NCBI RefSeq assembly: GCF_963921235.1
Contig: NC_086108.1
Location: forward strand, 88,104,001 to 88,168,000
Length of the DNA: 64,000 bases
Reading direction: 5' to 3'
Source of the DNA: Mobula hypostoma
Taxonomy: Eukaryota
Position 1 is the first letter of the stretch. Each line of letters opens with the position of its first letter. The position numbers and the translations under genes are program-made. Shown in pieces: positions 36,661 through 50,732 of this stretch. The notes under the pieces were generated by a model. That model ran no database searches. It worked only from the letters and a program-made list of their open reading frames with translations, and was not told the DNA's origin.

Positions 36661-39600
36661 AGAAACATGGAAAACCTAAAGCACAATACAGGCCCTTTGG
36701 CCCACAAAGTTGTGCTGAACATGTCCCTGCCTTAGAAATTACTAGGCTTACCCATAGCCCTCTATTTTTCTAAGCTCCATGTACCTATCCAAAAGTCTCT
36801 TAAAAGACCCTATTGTATCTGCCTCCACCACCATTGCCAGCAGCCCATTCCACGCACTCACCACTCTCTGCGTAAAAAACTGAACTCTGACATCTTCTCT
36901 GTACCTACTTCCCAGCACCTTAAACCTCTGCCCTCTTGTGGCAACCATTTCAGCCCTGGGACAAAGCCTCTGACTAGCCACATGATCAATGCCCCTCATC
37001 ATCTTATACACCTCTATTAGGTTACCTCTCATCCTCCGTCGCTCCAAGGAGAAAAGGCCAAGTTCACTCCACCTGTTTTCATAAGGCATACTCCTCAATC
37101 AAAGCAACATCCTTGAAAGTCTCCTCTGCACCCTTTCTATAGTTTTCACATCCTTCCTGTAATGAGGCGACCAGAACCGAGCACAAGTGGGTCTGACCAG
37201 GGTCCTATACATCTGTAACATTACCTTTTGGCTCCTAAATTCAATTCCACAATTGATGGAGGCCAATATACCGTATGCCTTCTTAACCACAGAGTCAACC
37301 TGCGCAGCTGCTTTGAGTGTCCTATGGACTCAGACCCCAAGATCCCTCTGATCCTCCACACTGCCAAAAGTCTTACCATTAATGCTGTATTCTGCCACCG
37401 TATTTGCTATACTTATCTGGGTTGAACTCCATCTGCCACTTCTCAGCCCAGTTTTGCATCCTATCAATGTTCCGCTGCAACCTCTAACAGCCCTCCACAC
37501 TATTCACAACACCGTCAACCTTTGTGTCATCAGCAAATTTACTAACCCATCCCTCCACTTCCTCATCCAGCTCTTTTATAAAAATCATGAAGAGTAAGGG
37601 TCCCAGAACAGATCCCTGGGGCACACCACTGGTCACCGACCTCCATGCAGAATACGACCAATCTACAACCACTCTTTGCCTTCTGTGAGACAAAGCAAGG
37701 TCCACTTGGATCCCATGCCTCCTTACTTTCTCAATAAGCCTTGCATGGGGTACATTATCAAATACCCTGCTGAAATCCATATACACTACATCTACTGCTC
37801 TTCCTTCATCAATGTGTTTGGTGACATCCTCAAGAAATTCAATTAGGCTCGAAAGGCATGACCTGCCCTTGACAAAGCCATGATGACTATTCCTAATCAT
37901 ATTATACCTCTCCAAATGTTCATAAATCCTGCCTCTCAGGATCTTCTCCATCAACTTACCAGCCACTGAAGTAAGACTTACTGGTCTATAATTTCCTGGG
38001 CTATCCCTACTCCCTTTCTTCAATAAGGGAACAACATCCGCAATCCTCCAATCCCCCGGAAACTCTCCCGTCCCCATTGATGATGCAAAGATCATCTCTA
38101 GAGGCTCAGAAATCTCCTCCCTCACTTCCCACAGTAGCCTGAGGTACATCTCATCCAGTCCCGGCAACTTATCCAACTTGATGCCTTCCAAAAGCTCCAG
38201 CACATCCACTTTCTTAATATCTAAATGCTCAAGCTTTTCAGTCCACTGCAAGTCATTACTACAATTACCAAGATCCTTTTCCATAGTGAATACTGAAGTG
38301 AAGTATTCATTAAGTACCTCTGCTATATCCTCCAGTTCCATACGCACTTTCCCACTGTCACACTTGATAGGTCCTATTCTTTTACGTCTTATCCTCTTGC
38401 TCTTCACATACTTGTAGAATGTCTTGGGGTTTTCCTTAATCCTGCCTGCCAAGGCCTTCTCATAGCCTCTTCTGGCTCTCCTAATTTCCTTCTTAAACTC
38501 CTTCCTGGTAGCCTTATAATCTTCTGGATCTCTAACATTACCTAGCTCTCTGAACCTTTCGTAAGCTTTTCTTTTCTTCTTGACTAGATTTACTACAGCC
38601 TTTGTACAACACAGTTCCTGTACTCTACCATAACTTCCCTGTCTCATCGGAACGTACCTATGCAGAACTCCACACAAATATCCCCTGAACATTTGCCACA
38701 TTTCTTCCATACTTTTCCCTGAGAACATCTGTTCCCAATTTAAGTTCCTGCCTGATAGCCTCATAATTCCGCTTACTCCAATTATACGCTTTTCTAACTC
38801 GTCTGTTCCTACCTCTCTCCAATGCTATTGTAAAGGAGATGGAATTATGATCACTATATCCAAAATCCTCTCCCACTGAGAGATCTGGCACCTGACCAGG
38901 TTCATTTCCCAACACCAAATCAAATACAGTCTCTTCTCTTGTATGCTTATCTACATATTGTGTCAGGAAACCTTCCTGAACACACCTAACAAACTCCACC
39001 CCATCTAAACCCCTTGCTCTAGGGAGATGCCAATCTATATTTGGGAAATTAAAATCTCCCATCATGACAACTCTGTTATTATTACACCTTTCCAGGATCT
39101 ATTTCCCTATCGGCTCCTCGATATCCTTGTTACTATTGGGTGGCCTATAAAAAACACCCAGTAGAGTTATTGACCCCTTCCTGTTCCTAACCTCCACCAA
39201 CAGAGACTCCATAGACAATCCCTCCATGGCATCCATCTTTTCTGCAGCCGTGACACTATCTCTGATCGACAGTGCCACACCCCCACCTCTTTTGCCTCCC
39301 TCCCTGTCCTTTCTGAAACATCTAAAACCTGGCACTCAAGTAACCATTCCTGTCCCTGAGCCATCCAAGTCTCTGTAATAGCCACCACATCATAGCTCCA
39401 AGTACTGATCCACGCTCTAAGCTCATCCACTTTGTTCACAATACTCCTTGCATTAAAATAGACACATCTCAAACCATCAGTCTGAGCGCTTCCCTTCTCT
39501 ATCATCTGCCTATCTTCCCTCACACACTGCCTCCAAGCTTTCTCTACTTGTGAGCCAACCGTCTCTTCCCCAGCCTCTTCAGTTCGGTTCCCAGCCCCCC

Positions 39601-39885
39601 ACCAATTCTAGTTTAAACTCTCCCCAGTAGCGGACCTCCCCGCCAGGATATTGGTCCCCCTGGGATTCAAGTGGAACCCGTCCTGTTTGTGCAGGTCACA
39701 CCTGCCCCAAAAGAGGTCCCAATGATACAGAAATCTGAATCCCTGCCCTCTGCTCCAATCCCTCAGCCACACATTTATCCTCCATCTCATTCTATTCCTA
39801 TACTCACTGTCACATGGCACAGGCAGTAATCTGGAGATTACTACCTTCGCGGTCCTGTTTCTCAAATTCCTTCCTAACTCCCTTC
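36661..39885 (-). mobile_element. CR1 LINE, near-complete ORF2 plus ORF1 esterase C-terminus
   Basis: APE YFNARSI, ITETW, GDFNFP, SDH; RT ORF of 426 aa with [29 protein letters not shown]1 DGFHLNPRG (SGNH block V); several frameshifts. Confidence 0.95.
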
Positions 39886-40479
39886 AAAGTACATATCTTA
39901 GAGTATGTATACTTCATACAATTTTGAGATTTGTCTCCTTACAGGCAGCCACAAAACAAAGAAACCCAAGCAGAACCCATTAAAACAAAAGCAGGTCACC
40001 AAACACCCAGTGTGCAGAGAGGAAAGACAACAGATTGTGCGAACATAAAAGCGAGCAAATGGCATTTAGAACTGCAGATCACAAAAATGAGTCCACAGCC
40101 CACTCAGAAGCAATTGGATGCAGGCCACAGCCTCAGTTCAGTGCAAAGACGAGTAAACCTTGTGGGGCAGTGAGCTGAAGTGGAATTAATAAAAATAGAG
40201 TTAGAGGTTAAGGTACAGATGTGGAATAAATTGTGCATAAATACATATACCTGTATAGCAGCATGTGTTATACAAATGTGTTAAACAGCCTTATACAAAG
40301 TTATATTAAAGTGTTTACAGTGCAATCTTTTATTTATTATTTTCAATTTCTTACTCTAGAGAAAGAGACCATTCTGCCCTTCAAGTCAATCGCACATGTC
40401 CCACTCCCCCCACTTATTTCCTTGCACCTATTTTCTATCACATAGCCATTAATCCACTGGCCAGTCTCCTGTTGCCCAC

Positions 40480-40680
40480 CCCTCACTAAGGTTAATTAAA
40501 CTAACTACTAAAACATCTTTGGGATGTGGGGAAAACTGGAACAGCCCGAGGAAACCCATGTTGTCACCGAAAGAAGGTGCAAATTTTGCCGGGGTAGTTC
40601 CTGAGGTCAGGATCAACTCTGGGTCACTGGCACTAAGGCAGCATCCCTAACTGCCACAATATTGTGCCAACTCTTCCCAA
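40480..40680 (-). mobile_element. Decayed tRNA/V-domain SINE
   Basis: tctttgggatgtggggaaaactggaacagcccgaggaaacccatg is the reverse complement of the V-domain core. Confidence 0.65.
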
Positions 40681-41514
40681 ACCTTAAACTTTCTCAACCC
40701 AATGAACAAAATCCACTTGTTTCTGCTTATTGGAGACCGACCAGATGTTTTGAAAGACAAAGCCGTGGAGAGATGGATCATAATCAGCCATTAATCAAAT
40801 TGGGTGCTTTTTTAATGATCCATGAGGAACCAAGGTAATGTAACCAATGCTAAGATGTCTCTCTTATCATGAAAATGAGCCTGGCTCTTGGTAGGTGGGT
40901 GATGCCTTCAGATAGCTAGAGTTCAAGATCAGTCATGATTGCTTCATACTCTCAACTGTATTTAAAATCCTTCTCACTATGCAATTGGTGAATTTTGATA
41001 AGAATGGTGGCCACAGGGGTGGCGTGAGTATGAAGGCATTGCTTATTGCTGTCAGGGCAATGTTCACCAGCATGTGTGAGACTAGAGCTCAGTTCTCATC
41101 TGCAGTTTACCATCACTTAGTTCATCTCTGGAAAAAGGTGAGGGGGTAGTGGTGGGATGGAGTACCAAGGTGTTCTAATGAGCTTGTTTAAAATTGGAAT
41201 CTACTATACATCCATGTTAGACCCTTGATTGGACCTCTGATATGATGAAGATGTGCTCTTGATATCTCAGTCTATCTTGTCTTGACACTTGTTGGTCTAA
41301 CTGAACTTGCTCTGTAACTGAAACACAGTGTTCTCCTTTCTATTATTGTTTTTTTCCTTTTGTACTATCTTGATATACTTAAGTTTGGAATGATTTGCCT
41401 GGATGACATGAAACCCAAAGCTTTCCACTGTATCTCAGTACATATGACAATAGTAAGCACATACAGACCGATTTGACAACAATCCAATCAATTGGCATAA
41501 ATGTATAATGCAGG

Positions 41515-42420
41515 TTATGTAGATGGTGACAAGGTGACGTACAGGAGTGAGATCGATCAGCTAGCTGAGTAGTGTTGCAATATCAACCTTGCAATCAATG
41601 TCAGTAAGACCAAAAAACTGATGATGGACTTCATGAAAGTGCAAGTCAGGTGAACACGTCAGTCCTCATTAAGGGGCCAATAATGGAAAGAGTGAGTAGT
41701 TGCAATTTCCTGGGCGCCAACATCTCAGAGGATCTATCTTGGGCCAACCATACTGATGCAACCATAAGGAAGGTACACCAGCAGCTATACTTCATCATGG
41801 GTTTGAGGAGATTTGGTATGTCACCAAAGACTGTAGCAAATTTCTGCTGATGTATCATGGAGAGCATTCTGGCTGATTACACCACCATTTGGTATGGAGG
41901 CTCCAATGCACAGGATCAAAAAACTTACAATAAGTTACAAAAAGAAATATATCAAACATAAGCAATTAGTGTAAGAAGAGAGCAAAATATTGAGATAGGG
42001 TTCATGGGTTCATGGACCCGTCCAGAGGGTTGTGGACTCAGCCTACTCCACCATGGGCACTGACCTCCTTAACGTCGAGGACATCTTCAAAACTGGTGCC
42101 TCAGGATGGTGGCATCTGTCATTAAGGACCCTCACCATGCAGGACATGCCCTCTTCAAATTGCTACCAACAAGGAGGAGGCACGGGAGCTAAGGACACAC
42201 ACTCAACATTTTAAGAACAGACTCTTCACCTTCACGATCAGACTGATGAACCCGTGAAAATACCTCACTAATTTGCTCTCTTCTTTGCACTATTTCTTTA
42301 TTTTTTATATTGCTTGTGGTAACTTATAGTAATATTTAATGTATTGCATTGTAACATCGCTGCAAAGCAACAGATTTCATGACATATTTCAGTGTTAATA
42401 AACCTGATTCTGATTCTGAT
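41515..42420 (+). mobile_element. Rex1 3' fragment(s)
   Basis: ERVSSCNFLGANISEDLSW...QQLYFIMGLRRFGM; tail aataaacctgattctgattctgat. Confidence 0.85.
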
Positions 42421-45163
42421 TATAATTTGGTCAATGCTCGTGTATTTTGTGTCTCATTTATACTGACTAATTGAATTGTTTTGCCCACTAAATAACTTCC
42501 CATGGTGTTTTCTAGATGTTGGACCTGCCTAATGTTATTCCTGCCTATTGTTAGGAGGAATTATCAGTGTAATAAGTATTTTGGGATGTGGAAGTCACAA
42601 TGCATCAATGCAGTACTGCACTGATAGTAAATATAGGCTCATATTAGAATGTTTGCATAAGAAGTATCAAGTGGTCAGAATTTGCTTGCCATTTCAGTTA
42701 TCGAAATGCCATAGAATTTCCTCTTCTATGGTTCAATGCTGATGGGGAGGGTACAGTTAAGTACTCTGTGACCCTTTTAACTCATTTAATGTTGTCTTCT
42801 GATGCAGGTCATTATGTACTTTACAGCAAACAATAAAAGCCCTTATATTAAACCCTGGCCTTGTCGCTGTTGAAATGTTTTAAGGCTCTCACATTTTGTG
42901 AACAATGTCATGAAAATAAACATTATGATAATTTCGTGATGTTTACATATCTGTTTATGACAACATTACTTGTAGTAGCAAACCAGTGAATAAAATGCTT
43001 TCATTGCCCGGTACTGTGATAAATCAGTGTCAGAGCTTGACCGTGGAAAATGTTAATTTTCTCAGCCAATGTCTCTGTGCACAGGAAGGAATTTGCACAG
43101 GAAATAGTCGCAGAAACAATCAGCACAGAGTATCAATTTTAGTCAGGACTGGAGATAGCCCTGTGGAAGGAAGTGTCAACTTGGCATGGGTCTTTGGATT
43201 GGGTGGGTTAGCAGAACTGGATGCTGGGATAGAGGAAATACTAATGCTGAGTGAACAGAAACAGTCAATCTTTTGACTTAATTTATTGCTTTTAGAAATA
43301 TAATTTCTACTGACATTATTGTGCTTATATTTCCTATACATGTCCCAGAGGAGAAGATATTAAATAGAACAGTATAGACCCTTTGGCCCAGGATGTTGTC
43401 ACCATCTATCTATGTATACCTACTCCATGATCAATCAAACTCTTCTCACCTACATGGCCCATAACTCACCATTTTTCTTACATCCATGCAAGAGTTTCTT
43501 AAATGTACAGAGTGTATTTCTCTGTGTAAAAAGCCTGCCTCTGACATCTCCCCTAAGTTTTTCTCCACTGGCCTAAAACTGATGTCCTCTGGTATTAGCT
43601 TTTGCCACCCTGGGAGAAGGGCACTGCTTATCTACTCTGTCTATGTCTCTCAGAATGTTATACCTCACTTTCAATTCCCCTCTCATACTCCTTCGCTCCA
43701 AAGAGAAAAGCCCTAGCTTGCTCAACCTTTTATCTGAAGTCTTGAACAAGATTGGTAGATTCAGAGTATATTCCCAAAAATGAAGAACATCATTGTCTTT
43801 CCCATTTATTTATAAAGCATCAGCCTAAGTATTAGGCTGTTATTCCACATACTAAATGGTGCTAAGTTATTCATTCATACTTAATTCCATTGTTTCTTAA
43901 GTAATTCTCAAGTTAGGGGATTTGTCCTCTTAGCAAATATCAAGTACTGTATCTTAGCTGCGAAAAGCTCAGAAGTAAAATATCAGTGAACTGTTTTATA
44001 GGATTTGTTCAATATCAGAAGATCACAATTCTTTTGGTGGCTTCATTTTTTAACAGTGTGATATCCAGTTATTTATTTACTTAACTGTGATTTTAATTAT
44101 ATCCAATTTCAAATCTGAATACCAACACTGGCAGAAAAGAACATTTATTTCAATGCATAAAGCACATTTCAAGGTTGGATCACAACAAACAAAAATCCAT
44201 GGTGAGTAAAGGCCGGGACAGCAAAGGTTTTCAAGTTAAGCATTCAGAGAAAACTAAGACCCTGAATGGTTAATACAACAAATACTTCCTCAGATGTCAT
44301 ATCCATTTGGAAAAATATTGTCTCTTATTTAAAGAGATACATGTGCTTGCAAAATATTTGTACAATTGTGATAATCATCCTCCAAGTGTTTTTTGCCCTC
44401 CTTGATGTACTGCACACCATAATCAGGTCTTTTTTCTTTTTTCTACATCTCTCATTTAGCCTCTGCTTCTACTGGGCTCTCTCAACTCTCCACAATTCTA
44501 ATGTGAAAATGAAAGAACATATTTATTTATTTATTTATTTTTATCTTTCCATTCCTGCTATCAGGAAGAAAGTACAGGGGTCTCAGGACTCACACCACCA
44601 GGTTCAGGAACAATTACCACTACTCAACCATGAGCAAAGTGATAACTTCACTCACTCCATCACTGAAATGTTCCCACAACCAATGGACCCACTTTCAAAG
44701 ACTCTTCACTTCACATTCTCGATATTTATTGCTTATTTATTGATTATTATTATTTCTTTTGTTTTGTTTGTATTTGCAATGCTTGTTGTCTTTTGCACAC
44801 TGATTGAACCTCCAAGTTGATGTGGTCTTTCATTGATTCTATTATGGTTATTATTTTATTATGGATTTACTTTGCATGCACGCAAGAAAATGAATCTTAG
44901 GGATGTATATGGTGACGTACATATATGTACTTAGATAATAAATTTACTTTGAACTCTGAGTCCTTCTTGGGACAATTGTCTTTTAATACTTAAACATTTG
45001 TCATCAACAAAATGTCTTTTCTACAATACAGCATAATACTTTATGTACAGAGTAGTAATTTAGCCCTTTTGAAATGTCATTCATTTAGAGAATTATTGTC
45101 AACATTTAACAGAATTTATATATATAGTGTGCATACATGAATCTTTTATATATAAATAACAGG

Positions 45164-47785
45164 AACAAGAGAAAATCTGCAGATGCTGGAAATCCGAGCG
45201 ACACACACAAAATGCTGGAGGAGCTCAGCAGGCCAGGCAGCATCTATAGAAAAAAGTAAAGTCAACGTTTAGGGCCGAAACCCTTCGGCAGGACTGGAGA
45301 GAAAAAGCTGAGGATTAGAGTTAAAAGGTGGGGGGAGGGGAGAGGGAACCAGCAGATGATAGGTGAAACCTGGATGGAAAGGGATGAAATAAAGAACTGG
45401 GAAGTTGATTGATGAGATGACGTGAGAGAAGGAAAAGGGGATGGAAAATGGAAGGGGCGTGTGTTGGGGGGCATTACGGGAAGTTTGAGAAATTGATGTT
45501 CATGCCATCAGGTTGGAGGCTACCCAAATGGAATATAAGGTGTTGTTCCTCCAACCTAAGTGTGGCCTCATCGCGACAGTGGAGGACGCCATGGATGGAC
45601 ATATCGGAATGGGAATGGGAAGTGGAATTAAAATGGGTGGCCTCTGGGATATCCCGCTGGTTCTGGCAGATAGAGAGTAGATGCTCAGTGAAGCACCTAT
45701 CACTCCACCAGCCTTTGCGTCCAGCACATAATTCTCTGAAACGTCCACCACCTCCAATGGGATCCCACAACCAAACACATCTTTCCCTCCCCCCACTTTC
45801 TGCTTTCCGCAGGGATCGTTCCTGTATGACTCGCTTGTCCATTCGTCTCTCCTCACTGATCTCCCTCCTGGCACTTACCCTTGCAAGCCGAACAAGCACT
45901 ACACCTCCTCCCTCACTACCATTCAGTGCCCTTCACCTGTGAGTCTGTTGGGGTTACTTACTGTGTTTGGTGCTCCCAGTGTGGCCTTCTGTATATTGAT
46001 AAGACCTGATGTAGAATGGGAGACCGTTTCCCCGAGCATCTATGCTCCGTCTGCCAGAACCAGCGGGATTTCCCAGAGGCCACACATTTTAATTCCAATT
46101 CCCATTCCCATTCTGATATGTTCATCCATGTCCTAGAAAATCATAGATTTTATGTAGAAATGATGGAATTAAGAGTAGGTGGCGTCCACAAAAGAACGGA
46201 CCATGACAGGGATCAGTCCTGGCACCTCTACTATTTAACGTTTACAAAAATGACCAACCAACCTTTCCTAACACATGCAGGTTTATCTATGCAGTTGACC
46301 TATACATAGCAACACAAGCTAACTCCTTCCAAGAAGCTGAAGTACGACTTCCAGCAGTCCTCGAAGCAATGAAGCAGTATTATGAAAAATGGTCTCTGAA
46401 CCCAAATCCATCAAAAACTCAAGTGTGTGCGTTCCAGCTGAGGAATCGAGAAGCAGCTCAGAAATGCAAGATCTTCTGATGTGGGAAGGAGCTCAAACAC
46501 CATCCAACTCTAGTTTACCTGGGTGTGACACTGGATAGGACGCTCTCATTTGCCACCCACATCCAAAAACTCCGAGGGAAAGTTAGCTCTCGCAATTCTC
46601 TCTTGAAAAAATTAGAATACTGTGCACCTGTGTGGGGCAGATCAGCACACGCGAAGAAAATAGACCCGTTGCTTAATGAAGTCTGCCCAATAATCACGGG
46701 CACACTGCGCCCCACACTCACTAACATCATTTACAGACTTGCAGGCATTGCTCCCCCAGAGATCCAAAGACACACTACAACAAAAATTGAAAAAGGTAAA
46801 CAGAACTCGGATCCACGGTGCCCACTACATCATCATGTGCCAGTTTCCAACCGCCTAAAATCGAGAAAAAGCTTTGCTACAGTGGGGGAACTACCGCACG
46901 GAACATCCCCCCAAACATACAGGATTGACCTCTGGCAACAAACAGAAGCCAAAACCCCACCAAACAATACAGTGCAAGACCCCACAGGAATGCTACCAGA
47001 CGGGGCACTGCTTGACAGACGGAAGTGGTGCACCCTTGGCAGAGCGAGAGCGGGAGTTTGTAGGACGGGAGACAATATGGTGAAGTGCGGTTTAAAGACC
47101 AGAGAATCCTGTGAGTGTGGCGAAAGGGTGCAGAACATTGAACACGTTCTGTGCAACTGCCCACTCTCACCTGATTTAGCTGACACTGACCTGCTCAATA
47201 TCAACCAGACAATACCAGAGTGGCTGGCTGTCTGGTGTGACAAGCTATGATGATGATCCATGGCTTCCTCCACTGTCGTGATGAGGCCACACTTAGGCTG
47301 GAGGAACGACAGCTTATATTCTGTTCTGATGGCATGAACATAGATTTCTCAAACTTCCGATAAATGCCACCCCTCCCCCGCCATTCTCTAATCCTATTTC
47401 CCTCTCCCTCCTATCTTCTTACTTGCCCATAACCTCTCTCTAGTGCTTCTCCTCATTCCTTTTCTTCCATGATCTTCTACCCTTTCCTATCTGACTCCCC
47501 CTTCCCTTGCCCTTGATTTCTTTCATTGATTTCTCAAACTTCTGGTAATGCCCCCTCTCCTTTTCCATTTCCCATCCCCTTTTCCCTCTCTCACCTCATC
47601 TCACCACTCAGCATCCCAGCTCTTTATTTCATCCCTCGCCCTCCAGGTTTCACCTATCACCTGGTGGTTTTCTCTCCCCTCTCCCCACCTTTTAACTCTG
47701 CTCCTCAGCTTTTTCCCTCCGGTCCTGCCGAAGGGTTTTGTTCTGAAATGTTGACTGTACTTTTTCCATAGATGCCACCTGGCTT
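45164..47785. mobile_element. Inverted Penelope-like element interrupted by a Vingi-like LINE
   Basis: Minus pLTR + GIY-YIG end at 45164-45696; plus-strand PLE at 45697-46130 resumes at 47256 and ends in a pLTR. Confidence 0.85.
46135..47255 (+). mobile_element. Vingi/Ingi-group LINE 3' fragment
   Basis: YLGVTLDRTLSF, EYCAPVWGRSAHAKKID..LNE.C.IITGTLRPT, LAGIAPP, C-terminal CECG...EHVLCNC; (TGA)n tail; atccatg duplicated at 46124-46130 and 47256-47262. Confidence 0.75.
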
Positions 47786-49020
47786 GTATAAATAACAGGA
47801 GTCCTGTTCATTCTGATTAGAAATACTGTTAGTTGAGGCTAAATGGAATGAAATACAGTACAGCAATGGCAAACTGATCCACAATCCTGAAGGTGGATTT
47901 TTAGACTGAACATTAATAACATAAAGTGTGAAATACTCCTTTACTTTTGTTCTATTAAAATAATGCTTCATTCTTTAGAGTACAATAGGAAGCAGGACCA
48001 ACTGTATATGGAGCTATTTTATGATAATGTTACATTGTTTATCTTTTACATAATTTGCAACCATCCTCTCAACTACCATGACTCTAGTCCCTGAAATACC
48101 TTTCATAATTCTTTTTCCATTCCTTTGCTTTTTCTTAGCAGCTACAGATACAATTGTGCTTCTGCTCATCTACCGTCAGAAGCATTACCAGGACAAGAGC
48201 TAATGTAAGTCAGAAAGTGGTGCTCGGTGAATAGAGCTTTGTGTGAGTCGGGAAACAGGAAGACAAGGTTTGGATAAACAAGAGTGTCGTGGAAGGTCTG
48301 GAGAATAACTGAGTCCAGAGACATGTAAGAGGATCCCAGCAGCTGAGTGGAGAGAAGCAGAGTCTTAGTAACGGAAGTGACATACATTTGGAAAATCACC
48401 TATAGGATCAAATTAGAGAACAAGGCTGCAAAAGTTCAGTCCCAAACAGATGCAAGGAAAAGGGACACAATTTTGTTTTCACTGAATAATTAACTAAAAA
48501 AACCCCATATAATAATATAGCACAAAGAGGGTTAATTTACAACAAATATCTTAAAAGTGTCTTTCCTATTTTGGAGTGGTTAGTAGAGTCAGAATCAGCT
48601 GTAATATCACTGACATATGCCATGAAATTTGTTGTTCAGTGACAGCAGTACAGTGGGATACATGAAACAAAATTAAATAGTGCAAAAAGAGATCGATAAA
48701 TAGTGAGATAGTGTTCATGGGTTGGCCCTTTGTCCATTCAGAAATCTGATAGTAGAGGGGAAGAAGTTGTTCATAAATCATTGAGTATATGTCTTCAGGC
48801 TCATGCAGCACCTCCCAGATGGCATGAATGAAAAGAAGGCAGATACTAGTAACAAAAGACATGTGTCATAATAAACATCTCTGGCTCATTTGCTGCACTA
48901 TACAACCTTTTACAGAACTGAATGAAGTATTTTGAAGCTGATAAACTCAAAATGATTTTCTTGTTTTCAGTTTCTCATCCCTTATAAGGCATATCTTATA
49001 AATGATCCCTTATAAACGTG

Positions 49021-49955
49021 CAGACATGAGGAAATCTGCAGATGCTGGAAATCCAAGCAACACACACAAAAATTGCTGGTGAATGCAGCAGGCCAGGCAG
49101 CATCTCTAGGAGGTGGTACAGTCGACATTTCGTGTCGGGACCCTTCGTCTGGACTAACTGAAAGAAGAGATAGTAAGAGATTTGAAAGTGGGAGGAGGAG
49201 GGGGAGATCTGAAATGATAGGAGAAGACAGGAGGGGAGGGATGGATCTAAGAGCTGGAGAAGGGAGAGGATCATGGGACAGGAAGCCTGGGGAGAAGGAG
49301 AACGGGGTAGTGGAGCCTGGAGGGTGGAGAGCAGGCAAGGAGTTATAGTCCGCCAGAGAAAGCAGGATCTCCCAGTGGCCAAACATTTTAATTCCAATTC
49401 CCATTCCCATTCTGATATGTCTATCCACGGCCTCCTCTACTGTCAAGGTGAAGCCACACTCAAGTTGGAGGAACAACACCTTGTATTCTGTCTGGGTAGC
49501 CTCCAACCTGATGGTGTGAATATTGACTTTTCTAACTTCTGTTAATGCCCCTCCTCCCCTTCACACCCCATCCCTTATTTATTTATTTAATATATTTTTA
49601 ATATATTTTTTATTTTCCCCCCCTTTTTCCCTCTCTCTCTTTTTTCTCTCTCTGTCCCTCTCACTATAACTCCTTGCCTGCTCTCCACCCTCAAGGCTCC
49701 CCTCCCCCCTTCTCTTTCTCCCCAGGCTTCCTGTCCCATGATCCTCTCCCTTCTCCAGCTCTTAGCTCCATCCCTCCCCCTCCTGTCTTCTCCTATCATT
49801 TTGTATCTCCCCCTCCCCCTCCCACTTTCAAATCTCTTTCTATCTCTTCTTTCAGTTAGCCCTGACGAAGGGTCCCGGACCAAAACGTCGACTGTACCTC
49901 TTCCTATAGATGCTGCCTGGCCTGCTGCGTTCGCCAGCATTTTGTGTGTGTGTTG
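49021..49955. mobile_element. Penelope-like insertion with inverted pLTRs and 12-bp TSD
   Basis: cttataaacgtg at 49009-49020 and 49956-49967; arms about 49055-49349 and 49662-49955 are reverse complements; central DLPVAKHFNSNSHSHSDMSIHGLL. Confidence 0.92.
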
Positions 49956-50732
49956 CTTATAAACGTGGTCTGTTTGACAGTTCAGCCATTGTTACTTCTT
50001 TTACCATTGGTTAATCACTCCCACAGAGACTGAGGCATACACCAAAAGCATAAATTACCTTTCAACTAACCACATGTTAATGATTCCTTACCCTGAATAA
50101 AACCAATAAGAAAGTTACTTCTTAATTGTTTCACTTGATATATCTGAATGTAGTTAATATTGTTTAAAAAAGAGAGCAAGCATAAAAACAGTAACTCAAA
50201 GCCAGTCAGCTTAAGTCTTGTTACTGAAAATACCTTTAGAAACACTAATCCGTGACCTGCTAAGTCACCTGCATGAAAAGGATTGTTAGCAAGCCTGCCT
50301 GGATTTATTAAAAGCAAATAATTTTTAACCAGTTTGATAGATTTTTAGATGAGCTATTGGGGTTGAGTACAATGCAATAGATTTGGTTTATATGGACCAA
50401 AAAGGATTTTGACATAATGCTGCACAATAGATTTATCAACAAACTGCAGAGTTATCAATCGATTTATCAATAAGCTGTAGAACATTGCATAAAAGGAATA
50501 TAGATAACATAGTAATGAAGTTAGATGAGTAACAGATAAGAAAACGTTGCAATGTGGGATTGTATTTCAGACTGGTGGAAGATGAGTGGTGCTGTTTCTC
50601 AGAGATTGTTGTTGCTTTTTGTTCTCTATTAACACCTGGACCGAGGAGACCCCAAATTTCTAAATTTTGTAGATGATAAAAAGTGTTGACAGTATTACGA
50701 ACTGCAAGGGGAATAGTGATACACTACAGCAG

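Noticed and set aside
44266..44820. 184-aa hydrophobic ORF
   Set aside because: T-rich low-complexity sequence plus a Rex1 3' fragment; hydrophobicity is compositional
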